A DNA stretch of 64,000 nucleotides from an uncultured Gemmatimonadales bacterium (lineage in GTDB: Bacteria; Gemmatimonadota; Gemmatimonadetes; Gemmatimonadales; Gemmatimonadaceae): positions 800,001 to 864,000 of the forward strand of contig CAWBZV010000002.1 in the NCBI GenBank assembly GCA_963793305.1. The letters are read 5' to 3'. The translations under genes and the position numbers were made by a program. Positions 20,362 to 30,039 of the stretch are shown here, in pieces; the first letter of the stretch is position 1, and every line of letters starts with the position of its first letter. A model generated the notes under the pieces. It was given only the letters and a program-made list of their open reading frames with translations, ran no database searches and was not told the origin of the DNA.

Positions 20362-21114
20362 GTGAGACGCTGGATCTATTTGCCGGCCGGCGGCCGAATG
20401 GTCGCGGTTGCGTGGGGGCTCGGGCTGCTCATCTTTCCCATCCTGAGCGCACTGGCGGCGCCGCATATCGAGCGATTGGACCTCCCGGAGCATCCCGGAG
20501 GCGTCGTCCAGTCACTTGTCCTCCTGATGATCGGCCTCGTGGCCAATGGCGCGCTGTTCTTCATTCACATTAACGGCGCGTTCCTGACGTGGCGAACTGC
20601 CGCGCGGCCATTCCTGGTCACCCTGTTCATGCTGCAACTGTGGTGCGGCATCGTCGTTGGCATCTGGCTAATGTGGAACGGCACTGTTGCGCTCGCCGCG
20701 CTCAACGGCCGACCCATTGATGGTCCACTGACCGCCGCGTGCGCGGTCGCTGCGGTTGGCGCGCTCTTGGCGCTTCTCTTGGTATCCGAGTTCTGGAAAG
20801 ATCAGGATGACGATGTCGTCAAGGTGCGCGAAGCTCGGACGAAGGCGCTTGCACTCTATCCCGCCGTTTCGGCGGGAAAGAGCAGCGCCGAAGAGCGGGA
20901 CCGGTTTGTCCAGTTGCTGAAGACATTGAACGAAGAAGCCAAGGCGCTCGAGGCCAGGTTGACGGAGCCGGATCGAACGCTGGCTGGCAAGTGGCGTAAG
21001 GCGGCCAAGCGCTTGTACGACGCGGCATATGGGTATGAAGCGAGCAAGCCATTCACGGAGACGAGCGCAACGGTGGCCGAGGACGAACGACTATTGAAGC
21101 TCGACTACCCCTAG
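20362..21114 (+). CDS. Hypothetical 4-TM membrane protein with a charged C-terminal helical domain
   Basis: Four hydrophobic segments in aa ~13-146, then ~105 charged helical residues; first gene of the operon with the GroEL paralog. Start uncertain. Confidence 0.75.
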   Translation: MRRWIYLPAGGRMVAVAWGLGLLIFPILSALAAPHIERLDLPEHPGGVVQSLVLLMIGLVANGALFFIHINGAFLTWRTAARPFLVTLFMLQLWCGIVVGIWLMWNGTVALAALNGRPIDGPLTAACAVAAVGALLALLLVSEFWKDQDDDVVKVREARTKALALYPAVSAGKSSAEERDRFVQLLKTLNEEAKALEARLTEPDRTLAGKWRKAAKRLYDAAYGYEASKPFTETSATVAEDERLLKLDYP

Positions 21115-21125
21115 CTGGATATCGC

Positions 21126-21704
21126 ATGCCTACGCCGGGACAGGAAATCGCACTCCTCGTAGCGGTGCTCGATGATGACAACCCCGCGATATGGGTGCCG
21201 TGGACGAAAGCATTCGACGTGGTCAAGAAGGAGGTTAGCGCCCAATCGCCGCGATACTCCGAGATCCAGCGCGAGGACGTGTTGCTCCGCATGCACCTGG
21301 AGCTCGACGATCCGAACAAGTTGATGGGGCTTCGGGCGGAGGACATGGTCCATCACGTCGGCGTGGTCGTCGATGGCATCAGCGTCGGGTCGAATAAGCA
21401 TCATGCCCAACAGATCACGGACCGATTGGCTCAGTTGTGCGCGCGACTGAAGACCTGCGCAGACGCGTTCTTCCGATCCACCGGGTTTTATCTCTTCGTT
21501 GCCGGTGTGGAGGAAGGTCACCGGGCGTTTGATAACTCTCAGAAGGCGTTTCGCGAGCAACTCGTCGATCGAGCGGGACAACGGCTCGGCATCGAGCCCA
21601 AGGGTTTATTCGCATTGGAGGTCCTCAATGAGGTGGACCTCGTGCACACCATACGGCACGCGACGGAGCTGGCCATGAGGAACTATTCCTTTAGGGCCCG
21701 CTAA
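21126..21704 (+). CDS. Hypothetical soluble alpha/beta protein (192 aa)
   Basis: 11 nt after the upstream stop; its stop overlaps the groL-like ATG (TAATG). No family recognised. Confidence 0.8.
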   Translation: MPTPGQEIALLVAVLDDDNPAIWVPWTKAFDVVKKEVSAQSPRYSEIQREDVLLRMHLELDDPNKLMGLRAEDMVHHVGVVVDGISVGSNKHHAQQITDRLAQLCARLKTCADAFFRSTGFYLFVAGVEEGHRAFDNSQKAFREQLVDRAGQRLGIEPKGLFALEVLNEVDLVHTIRHATELAMRNYSFRAR

Positions 21705-23584
21705 TGGCGGCGAAAGAGATTCTTTTCAGCGGCGATGCCCGGGAGGCGCTCGTCGCGGGCGCCGAGCGTCTCGCGCAGGCGGTATCCGTGACGCTGGGGC
21801 CGAGAGGAGGCTCGGTTGTCATCCAGCAGGCAGGCGGGGCGCAGCCCTTGGTGTCGAGGGATGGCTACACGGTCGCCCGGAATATTACCCTGAATCGCGA
21901 ATCTGATACGGGGGCGGCCATGCTGCGCGACGTGGCGGAGCACACGGCCAAACAAGTCGGCAATGGAACATCGACCGCCATCGTGCTCGCGCGGGCGATC
22001 TATCGCGAGGGCATCAAGCGTGTGGCCGCCGGTATCGATCCCATGGCCCTCAAGCGTGGTATCGATCGTGCCATTGCCACGATCGTTGACCAGCTCAGAA
22101 AGGCGAGCGTGAAGGTCACCATCTATTCATCGGCGCAGGCCGCGCTGGCGGAAGTCGAGCACGAGACCGGCCGCACGACGCTCGCCAACGTCGCGCGGAC
22201 GTGCGTGGGCTCTGACGTTGCCGACCGGTTGCCGCCAGCGTGGTCGAATCACGACGTGCGCGCGCGCACATTCCTGCCGGTCGACTACTGGCGTCAGGGA
22301 CGCGCGGCCAGTCTGTCGGTCGATACGCTCGCGCAGATCGCCGACCGCGTCGATGATGAGGGACGGCGCCGGGCCGACGAAGCCCACTCGCGATATTCGA
22401 GGCTCTCCGATGTCGCCACGGTGGCCGCGAGTGGTGACGCGGGCGTGGGCGCGATCATCGCCCAGGCGTTCGCGGCGGTCGGGCGAGATGGGGTCATCAC
22501 TATCGTCGACGGACGGGGAGCCGATACCTCAGTGGAAATCGTTCCCGGCATGAGCTTCGACCGGGGCTATCTGTCGCCGTACTTCGTGACCGACACCGCG
22601 AAAGCGGAAGCGGTTCTCGAGGACAGTTACATTCTCCTCTACGACAAGAAAATCTCGTCGATGAAGGATCTGCTCCCGATCCTCGAGAAAATCGCGCAGG
22701 CCGGCAAGCCGCTGCTCATCATCGCCGAGGATGTCGAGGGTGAGGCGCTGGCGACGCTCGTCGTCAATACGATTCGCGGCATCCTGCGTGTGACCGCGGT
22801 CAAAGCGCCGGGGTTCGGCGATCGCCGCACGGCGATGCTGCAGGATATCGCAGTGCTCACGAACGGACGGGTCATCTCCGAGGAAGTCGGCCTCAAGCTC
22901 GAGAACGCGGCCTTGGACGATCTCGGCAAGGCCAAGCGTATCGTCGTCGGCACGGAGAGCACGACAATCATCGAAGATGGACACGAGCGCGGCGATCTCG
23001 TGTCCGGCCGCATCAAGGAGATCCGTTCGGCAATCGACAAGTCGACCTCCGATTACGACAAGGAGAAGCTCCAGGAGCGGCTGGCGAAGCTCGCCGGCGG
23101 CGTGGCGGTGATTAATGTCGGCGCCACGACCGAGTCGGAGATGAAGGAGAAGAAGGCCCGGGTCGAGGACGCGTTGCATGCAACGCGCGCCGCGGTCGAA
23201 GAGGGTATCGTTCCCGGTGGTGGCGTCGCGTTGATTCGCGTGCAGCCGATGCTCACCACGTTCCGGTCGGGCGATGCCGACGAGCAGGCAGGCGTCGAGA
23301 TCGTGCGTGACGCGATCGAGGAGCCCATCCGCGTCATTATGCGAAATGCGGGCGGTGAGGGCTCGATCGTCGTCCAGAAGGTGCGCGAGTCGGACGATGA
23401 CGCGTTCGGTTACAACGCCCTGACCGATACGTACGAGAACCTGATCAGGGCCGGTGTCGTCGATGCGACCAAGGTAACGCGGACGGCATTGCAGAACGCC
23501 GCGTCGCTGTCGGGGCTGCTGTTGACCACGAACGCGCTGGTGGTCGACCTGGCGTACCAGCCCGCCGATGTCGGAGCGACCTGA
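21704..23584 (+). CDS. groL: Divergent GroEL/Cpn60 paralog with a ~90-aa insertion and an altered ATP-binding motif
   Basis: [92 protein letters not shown] replaces GDGTTT. Confidence 0.93.
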   Translation: MAAKEILFSGDAREALVAGAERLAQAVSVTLGPRGGSVVIQQAGGAQPLVSRDGYTVARNITLNRESDTGAAMLRDVAEHTAKQVGNGTSTAIVLARAIYREGIKRVAAGIDPMALKRGIDRAIATIVDQLRKASVKVTIYSSAQAALAEVEHETGRTTLANVARTCVGSDVADRLPPAWSNHDVRARTFLPVDYWRQGRAASLSVDTLAQIADRVDDEGRRRADEAHSRYSRLSDVATVAASGDAGVGAIIAQAFAAVGRDGVITIVDGRGADTSVEIVPGMSFDRGYLSPYFVTDTAKAEAVLEDSYILLYDKKISSMKDLLPILEKIAQAGKPLLIIAEDVEGEALATLVVNTIRGILRVTAVKAPGFGDRRTAMLQDIAVLTNGRVISEEVGLKLENAALDDLGKAKRIVVGTESTTIIEDGHERGDLVSGRIKEIRSAIDKSTSDYDKEKLQERLAKLAGGVAVINVGATTESEMKEKKARVEDALHATRAAVEEGIVPGGGVALIRVQPMLTTFRSGDADEQAGVEIVRDAIEEPIRVIMRNAGGEGSIVVQKVRESDDDAFGYNALTDTYENLIRAGVVDATKVTRTALQNAASLSGLLLTTNALVVDLAYQPADVGAT

Positions 23585-23586
23585 CA

Positions 23587-25080
23587 ATGCGCTCCAAGAT
23601 ATTCCTACTGATGGTGGCGGTCATCGGGTGCGCTGGCGGCGGCACGGCCCCGAAGTCCCCCTCGATTGCGCTGTCCCTCGTCGGCAGCAATCAGACGGAC
23701 ACGGTCAACACGACGCTGCTGCAAGCGCTGGTGGCGCGTACGCTCCCCCACGAGCTCGTGCAGTTTCAGTCCCTGCCCGATAGCGGCAATCTGTATGGGG
23801 CATTCGTCGAGTCGCTCGCGATACCCGACGCGACGACCCTCATCGCCGACTCGACGGACGCCAACGGGCAAGCGGCTGTCGTCGTCTACCTCGGCCAGAT
23901 AGCCGGACGGGCGCGCATCATCGTCACCGTGCCCAAATATGGTATTGCCGATACGGCCACGTTCACTGTCCAAGCCGGACACCTGGTCGCCATCACGGGC
24001 ATCCCGGCCGATACCACGGTGTACTCCGGGGGTAAGTTTGTGCTGCAGGGCACTCCGGTCGATCGCTTCGGGAATCGACGGACGGATCCCATCTCGTTCC
24101 ACGTCTTGTCCGGTCCGGCCACGCTCTCGGCGGATACCGTGACGGCCACCGCGCTGGGGTTTGCGTACGTCGCGACGACGTCAGGGTCGGTGGCCGATAC
24201 GACATTCATCTCGGTCGTCCCCACCGGGCGCATCGCGGTGTCGCGCAGCCCGTACATTCACATTTTCAATCTCGATGGCACGGACTCGGTGTCCATCCTG
24301 CCGAACATTGGTGGGGTCGGCAACGTGCGTTGGGCTCCGGATGGGAAGTCGCTCGTGTACGATGGGATGTCCGGATGCTCGATCACGGCGATCGGCAACA
24401 ACGCGCCGATCGCCGTCGCGAATCTCAGTGGTGGCGCGGCCGCGCTCCAACTCCCGACATTCTATTACGCGTACTATCCGCAATACGCGCGCGACGGCTC
24501 ACGCATCTACTTCACGATGCTCAATCCCAACGGCCAATTCTGGGAAGGCGATCCCAAGACGCTCGCCATCGATTCGCTCGGTCTCGCGCCGGACCAGGAC
24601 TACGCACCTTCGCCCTCGCCCGACGGATCACAGCTCGCGTATTTCCACGCGACATTGAACGTTACGGGCGTCCTCCGCGTCCTCACCCTGAGCACCAGTG
24701 CGGTGACCGATCTGGGTGTCCCCGCCAATCAACCCGTGTGGTCGCCCGTGTCGAATCAGATCGCGTACGTGGCGGCGGGCACCTGCCAAGGCCAAATCCA
24801 TATCATCAATTCCGACGGCTCCGGCGATCGCCGGCTCTCGCCGAACACGTACAACAGCGGCTTCGACTGGTCGCCCGACGGCGCGTGGATCGTCGCGCTC
24901 AATTCGGTGACGGGAAAGATCGACGTGATAAACGTCGCCTCGGGGCAGGCCCTGCCGCTGACGTTCACGTCGGGATTCAGCTCGCCGGCTTGGTTACCGA
25001 CTACTCCAGCCCCGAGACAAGATACAGCTCCGAAAGAAACCGGGCATAGCCGTACACGTACGATCGGCCATCGGCGCTGA
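23587..25080 (+). CDS. Lipoprotein with Ig-like domains and a TolB-like (PD40/WD40) beta-propeller
   Basis: Lipobox VIG-C15; TDANGQA (Big_1-like); repeated WAPDG/SPDG/WSPDG. Confidence 0.85.
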   Translation: MRSKIFLLMVAVIGCAGGGTAPKSPSIALSLVGSNQTDTVNTTLLQALVARTLPHELVQFQSLPDSGNLYGAFVESLAIPDATTLIADSTDANGQAAVVVYLGQIAGRARIIVTVPKYGIADTATFTVQAGHLVAITGIPADTTVYSGGKFVLQGTPVDRFGNRRTDPISFHVLSGPATLSADTVTATALGFAYVATTSGSVADTTFISVVPTGRIAVSRSPYIHIFNLDGTDSVSILPNIGGVGNVRWAPDGKSLVYDGMSGCSITAIGNNAPIAVANLSGGAAALQLPTFYYAYYPQYARDGSRIYFTMLNPNGQFWEGDPKTLAIDSLGLAPDQDYAPSPSPDGSQLAYFHATLNVTGVLRVLTLSTSAVTDLGVPANQPVWSPVSNQIAYVAAGTCQGQIHIINSDGSGDRRLSPNTYNSGFDWSPDGAWIVALNSVTGKIDVINVASGQALPLTFTSGFSSPAWLPTTPAPRQDTAPKETGHSRTRTIGHRR

Positions 25081-26999
25081 ACAAAATATGCGAGATGGGC
25101 CCGAGACCGGTCATGTCGGTCGGGCTCACCGCGCGGAACGGTTCGCGTTGCCCCGTGAGCACGTTGACACGGTACACCATGACCGGTGCTTGCTTCGCCT
25201 GATACGCGTAGATGAAGCGTGGGTCGGCGGTCCACTCGATTGTCTCGCCGGGCAGGAGACCGGGGATCGCGCGTGGCGCACTGCCGTCGAGTGGGTAGAT
25301 CGAGCCTGCGCCCGCAATGGATTTGCCGTCGGGCGATGGCTCGCACGATGACACGCCGTCCGGCGTCACGGGACGCGGCGCGCCGGCGTCGATGCTTTGA
25401 ATGAAGCAGCGGATCGCATGTCCAGGCTGAGTGGCGGGGAAGACGATCTGCTTGCCGTCAGGAAGCCAGTGGGCGCCGTGCCAATATTGTTGGACGTCGC
25501 CGCGCGGGAGGCGCTTGGCGGCGCCAGCGCCGGTGGGCAGCACCATGAGTTGAGTCGATGCGACGACCGTGGTCGCCCATTTCCCATCGGGTGAGAGGTC
25601 GCCAGCCAGCCCGTCTCCCAGTGGAATCGGGGACGCGGCGCGAAGGTCGCGCATGCCGACAATGTAGTTCGGCCCACTTTGCTCGCTCTGTTCGCTGAAC
25701 AAGACGGTGTTGCCGTCGGCGGAGAGACCGACGGGGAGCGACCAGTCGAGCCACGAGAACGTCGCGTTCGCTGGTCGCGCCAGGCGCCAGGGCCAGCATC
25801 CCCACGCGACAGTCATCGCGCGTGAGCAAGACGCGGCCGTCGGCGGCAACGTCCTGCAAGGTCACGCCACCAGGTGCGCGGTAGAGGAGACGCAGGTGGC
25901 CACGAAGGTCGACCGCGTAGAGATGGCGTTCGACACCGGACTCCGTGGCGGTGAACCACACGTTGGATCCGTCCGGAGACCACGCGAGCCCCTGGGCGCT
26001 TCCCCAGCCGCGAGAGAGGACGGTTCGATGCCCCGAGAGATCGACGACGGCGACGACGCCGTGATCGTCCGGCGCGGCCTCGTGGTCGAGGAAGGCGATC
26101 CGGTCGCCTCTCGGTGATACGCGCGGATGGCTGATCCAGCCCAACGTCTCGTACAGCGCGTGGCCGACGGGGAACTCGAGGCGCTGTTTGCCGGCGACGC
26201 TGTGAACGATCGCCAGCGTCTTCGCGTCAGGCGCATAGTCGGCCCATTCGACATCCTCGGCGATCTGTCGAGGCGACCCGCCGCCCAGCGACACTTGGCC
26301 GAGGGTGCCGCGGAGCGTCAACAAGAAGCGGGGGGCGGCTGATTGGAGGACAGCGACCGCACCGGAGGGGGCCACGGCGAGTAGGTCCGTGCCGTGCAAC
26401 CCCAAGCTGCGAGCGCCCGGGATCTTGGTGTCGGTCGAGTAGATCTCGATCGGACCGCCATCCCAGGCCGCGGAGTAGAGCACGTTGCGGCCGTCCGGGG
26501 CGAAGCGGGCCGAGTAGATCGTGCCGCGCTGGACAGTCAGGCGCTGGAAGTTTGGCGGCTCTTTCCGGGTCGCTCGGTATCCCAAGAATGCGCCGAGTCC
26601 GAGACAGCATGCGGCGACCGCTACTAAGACCGGGATCCGATTCGGGATCGGGGATCTGGAAGGCGGCGCCGTCGGGCTGTCGAGTTTCGCGACAAATCGG
26701 TAGCCCCGGCGCGGCACCGTCTCGATGTAGGACGGATTCTCGGCCGAGTCGCCAAGGGCCGACCGCAGCTTACCGACCGCGACGTTCACGGCGTGGTCGA
26801 AGTCGCCGAAGCTCTCGCGCGGCCAGATCCGGGTCTGAAGCTCCTCGCGCGTGACCAGGTCGCCAGGGCGCTCCAACAGGACCTGGAGGACCTTGAACGG
26901 CTGATCCTGGAGCTTGATGCGCTCGCCGGCTTTCCGGACCTCTCCGGCGTGGAGATCGGCCTCGAATGGGCCGAATCGGATGCTCCCGTTCTGTGTCAT
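25001..26999 (-). CDS. CadC-like winged-helix + TM + PD40 beta-propeller protein, +1 frameshift at ~25760
   Basis: KLQDQPFKVLQVLLERPG...IETVPRRGYRF OmpR/PhoB-type wHTH; TM; SPDG repeats. Frame changes at CGC GAC [G] TTC TCG TGG. Confidence 0.88.
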
Positions 27000-27114
27000 C
27001 CCTTGGCAAATCTACAGGAGATCTCCCTCTCCCGCGGGTCTACACAGCGGCTAGGTCCCGTGAATTGAGACCGCGGGCTCTCCGAGGCAAAGGTAAGAAA
27101 AAAAGGAGAAACCT

Positions 27115-28119
27115 GTGTTGAGATGGCTTCTGCTCACCCTGTTGGTTTTGCCCGTACGCGACGGGCAGCACGATTTCGACTTCGGCGACGGCACCTGGCA
27201 TTCACAGATTCGGCGGTTGCAGCATCCGCTGACGGGCTCCACCAAATGGCTGGACTACGATGGCAAGGTGGCCTCTCGCAAAGTGTGGGGCGGAAAGGCC
27301 CATCTGGAGGAGCTCGAGGTCGACGGTCCGACCGGGCACCTCGAAGGGCTGACCCTGCGCTTGTACGACCCAAAGGCCCACCAGTGGAGCCTGAGTTTCG
27401 CCAATAGCGCCGATGGCACGATCGGAGCGCCGCTGATCGGCGCGTTTCAGGATGGTCAAGGGGAGTTCATCGACCAGGAGTCGTTCGACGATCGGGCGAT
27501 CCTGGTGCGGCACCGGTTCTTCGAGATCACGCCAGGCTCGCACCACTTCGAGCAGGCGTTCTCGCTCGATCGTGGGAAGACGTGGGAGCCGAACTGGATC
27601 GCGACGCTGACGCCGATGAGCGGCCCGATCTCGACCGACACCGCGCACCAGCACGATTTCGATTTCAACATCGGGACGTGGAAGACCCACATCAAGCGCC
27701 TCATGCACCCGCTGACCGGTTCCACGACGTGGGCCGAGTATGGAGGAACCCATACTGTGCACACAGTCTGGAATGGGCGAGCGAACATCGGCGAAATGGA
27801 AGTCGATGGCCCGAATGGGCATATCGAGGGGCTGCAACTGCGGCTTTACAACCCGCAGTCGCACCAGTGGAGTCTGGCCTTCGCCAGCAGCGGCGAGGGC
27901 AAATTGGGCCAGCCGGCGATCGGAGAATTCGCCAATGGCCGCGGGGAGTTTTACAGCCAGGACACCTTCAATGGCCGCGCCATCTTGGTTCGGAGCGTGT
28001 ATTCCGACATCACCCCCACATCGTGTCGCACCGAGCAGGCGTTCTCCGTTGACGGAGGGAAGACCTGGGAGGTGAACTGGATGTCCGCCGATACGCTGGT
28101 ACAAGCCGATGCGCGGTAA
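27115..28119 (+). CDS. Secreted tandem DUF1579-like beta-barrel protein (two repeats)
   Basis: GGAG RBS, signal peptide, two ~161-aa repeats each running QHDFDF..GTW...QAFS.DxGKTWE.NW. Confidence 0.8.
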   Translation: MLRWLLLTLLVLPVRDGQHDFDFGDGTWHSQIRRLQHPLTGSTKWLDYDGKVASRKVWGGKAHLEELEVDGPTGHLEGLTLRLYDPKAHQWSLSFANSADGTIGAPLIGAFQDGQGEFIDQESFDDRAILVRHRFFEITPGSHHFEQAFSLDRGKTWEPNWIATLTPMSGPISTDTAHQHDFDFNIGTWKTHIKRLMHPLTGSTTWAEYGGTHTVHTVWNGRANIGEMEVDGPNGHIEGLQLRLYNPQSHQWSLAFASSGEGKLGQPAIGEFANGRGEFYSQDTFNGRAILVRSVYSDITPTSCRTEQAFSVDGGKTWEVNWMSADTLVQADAR

Positions 28120-29161
28120 GTGCCTGATCCTCGCGGTCATGCCGGTCGTCTGCGCGGCGCAATCGCAAGTGCTCTCGATCCCGCTCAAGAGTCAGCGCGC
28201 CGCGGTCTCGCAGACCATCGGGCTCACGGACATCACGATCATCTACCACCGGCCACTCGTGGGCGGCCGTGTGATCTGGGACAGTCTCGTGCCCTACGGG
28301 AAGGTGTGGCGCACGGGAGCGAACATGAATACGACGATCACGTTCACCGATCCCGTGCGCATCGACGGGAATCCGCTTGACCGCGGGACGTATGGGCTGC
28401 ACATGATTCCAGCGGCAGATGAGTGGACGGTGATATTCTCGAAGAACTCGACCTTGTGGGGGTCATTTACGTACGACCAAACCGAGGACGCGTTGCGCAT
28501 TCGCGTAAGACCAAAAAGGAGCGACATGCACGAGGCGTTGACGTACGAGTTCGATGATCTCGCGCCAAGTTCGACCATCGTCGAACTGTTATGGGCGAAG
28601 GTCGCAGTACCTTTCACGGTGTCGGTCGATGTGCATGCGGTCGCGCTGGCGAGTCTCCGAAACCAGCTGCGCATGTTGGCGCGCTACACGTGGCTGAGTT
28701 GGAACGATGCGGCGAACTATTTGCTCAACGAGAAGATCGCGCTCGATACGGCACTGGCGTATGCGGACACGTCCATCACGAACGAAGATCGGTACGAGAA
28801 TGAGATGACCCGATCGAAGATCTTGACGGCCCTCAATCGACAGGCCGACGCCGAGGTCGCGCAGCGGAAGGCGCTCGATCTCGGCACGCCGAGCGAGGTC
28901 GACGAAGTCGCGCGCGAGCTGTTGGCACGGAAGCGCACCGTGGAAGCGCTGGCGGTCTTTCGGCTGAACGCTGCCAAGCATCCGAACGACTGGTTCGTGC
29001 ACGACGGTCTCTCACGCGTGTACAGCGCGCAGGGCAAGTTCGACGACGCGACGAAAGAGATGCGCGCGGCCCTCGCCGAGGCGCCCCCCGATCAGCGACA
29101 TCGCTTGGAGCCTCTCCTCACCGCGCTCGGCGCGAAACAGGACATCAGCACATCGCAATGA
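28109..29161 (+). CDS. DUF2911 domain protein with C-terminal TPRs
   Basis: SQRAAVSQTIGLTDITIIYHRP...LVPYGKVWRTGAN; TPR-like C-terminus. Confidence 0.88.
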   Translation: MRGKCLILAVMPVVCAAQSQVLSIPLKSQRAAVSQTIGLTDITIIYHRPLVGGRVIWDSLVPYGKVWRTGANMNTTITFTDPVRIDGNPLDRGTYGLHMIPAADEWTVIFSKNSTLWGSFTYDQTEDALRIRVRPKRSDMHEALTYEFDDLAPSSTIVELLWAKVAVPFTVSVDVHAVALASLRNQLRMLARYTWLSWNDAANYLLNEKIALDTALAYADTSITNEDRYENEMTRSKILTALNRQADAEVAQRKALDLGTPSEVDEVARELLARKRTVEALAVFRLNAAKHPNDWFVHDGLSRVYSAQGKFDDATKEMRAALAEAPPDQRHRLEPLLTALGAKQDISTSQ

Positions 29162-30039
29162 ATTGTCGCCTGCTTCTGTGCAGCGTCCTGTTCACGGCGC
29201 CAGTGCTCGCGCAGCCGGCGCACGAACCGCTTGGAGACGCCTGGTGGACCGGCCCGATGCTCGCGCCCTCCGCGGGCACGCTGCCACCTGGCCATTGGCT
29301 CGTCGAGCCGTACGTCTATGACATCAAGACCGCCCACGCGGACAACTACGGCTCGCGAGCCTACGTCATCTACGGGCTCCTCGACCGATTCTCGGTCGGG
29401 GTGATTCCCATTCTGGGTTTGAACGACGGGATTGGGCTCGGCGATCTCACGGCGCAAGCGCAGTATCGGCTCACGCAATTCCAGCCGGGCAGTTGGGTGC
29501 CGACGATGTCCATCGTCGTGCAGGAGACATTTCCGACTGGCACCTACGATCGACTCGGCACGAACACGAGCAATGCGCTGGGTGCCGGCGCGTATGCGAC
29601 GACCTTGGGATTCTACTCACAGACGTACTTCTGGATGCCGAACGGGCGCATTCTCCGCGCCCGCCTGGACCTGTCCCAAGTCGTCTACTCGACCAAGGTC
29701 CACGTCGACGACGTCAGCGTGTACGGCACGGGCCCGGGTTTCCTCGGGCACGCCCTACCCGGTCTGTCGTCCTCAGCCGATCTCGCGGCCGAGTATAGCG
29801 CCACCCAGCGCTGGGTGCTGGCACTCGATGCCGCGTACGGTTGGAATGGCGACACGCGCGTGGATGGCGACAACGTCCAGTTGCACAGCGGCTGGAGCGA
29901 GTCGCTCGCCCTCGCGCCGGCGGTCGAGTACAACATGAGCTCGAGGATCGGCGTGCTGCTCGGCGTCCGGTTTATCGACATCGGGCGTAACACGACCCAC
30001 TCGGTGTCGCCGGCGCTGGCCGTGAATATGGTCTACTAG
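29158..30039 (+). CDS. Outer-membrane beta-barrel, MetA-pathway/phenol-degradation 'transporter' family
   Basis: Signal peptide, DAWWTGPMLAPSA, GLGDL, FPTGTYD, aromatic C-terminal residue. Confidence 0.75.
   Translation: MNCRLLLCSVLFTAPVLAQPAHEPLGDAWWTGPMLAPSAGTLPPGHWLVEPYVYDIKTAHADNYGSRAYVIYGLLDRFSVGVIPILGLNDGIGLGDLTAQAQYRLTQFQPGSWVPTMSIVVQETFPTGTYDRLGTNTSNALGAGAYATTLGFYSQTYFWMPNGRILRARLDLSQVVYSTKVHVDDVSVYGTGPGFLGHALPGLSSSADLAAEYSATQRWVLALDAAYGWNGDTRVDGDNVQLHSGWSESLALAPAVEYNMSSRIGVLLGVRFIDIGRNTTHSVSPALAVNMVY

Noticed and set aside
22121..22390. GroEL insertion as an intein or intron
   Set aside because: No splice-junction residues (C/S...HN-C/S/T), too short for a typical intein, and the frame is open with normal codon usage.
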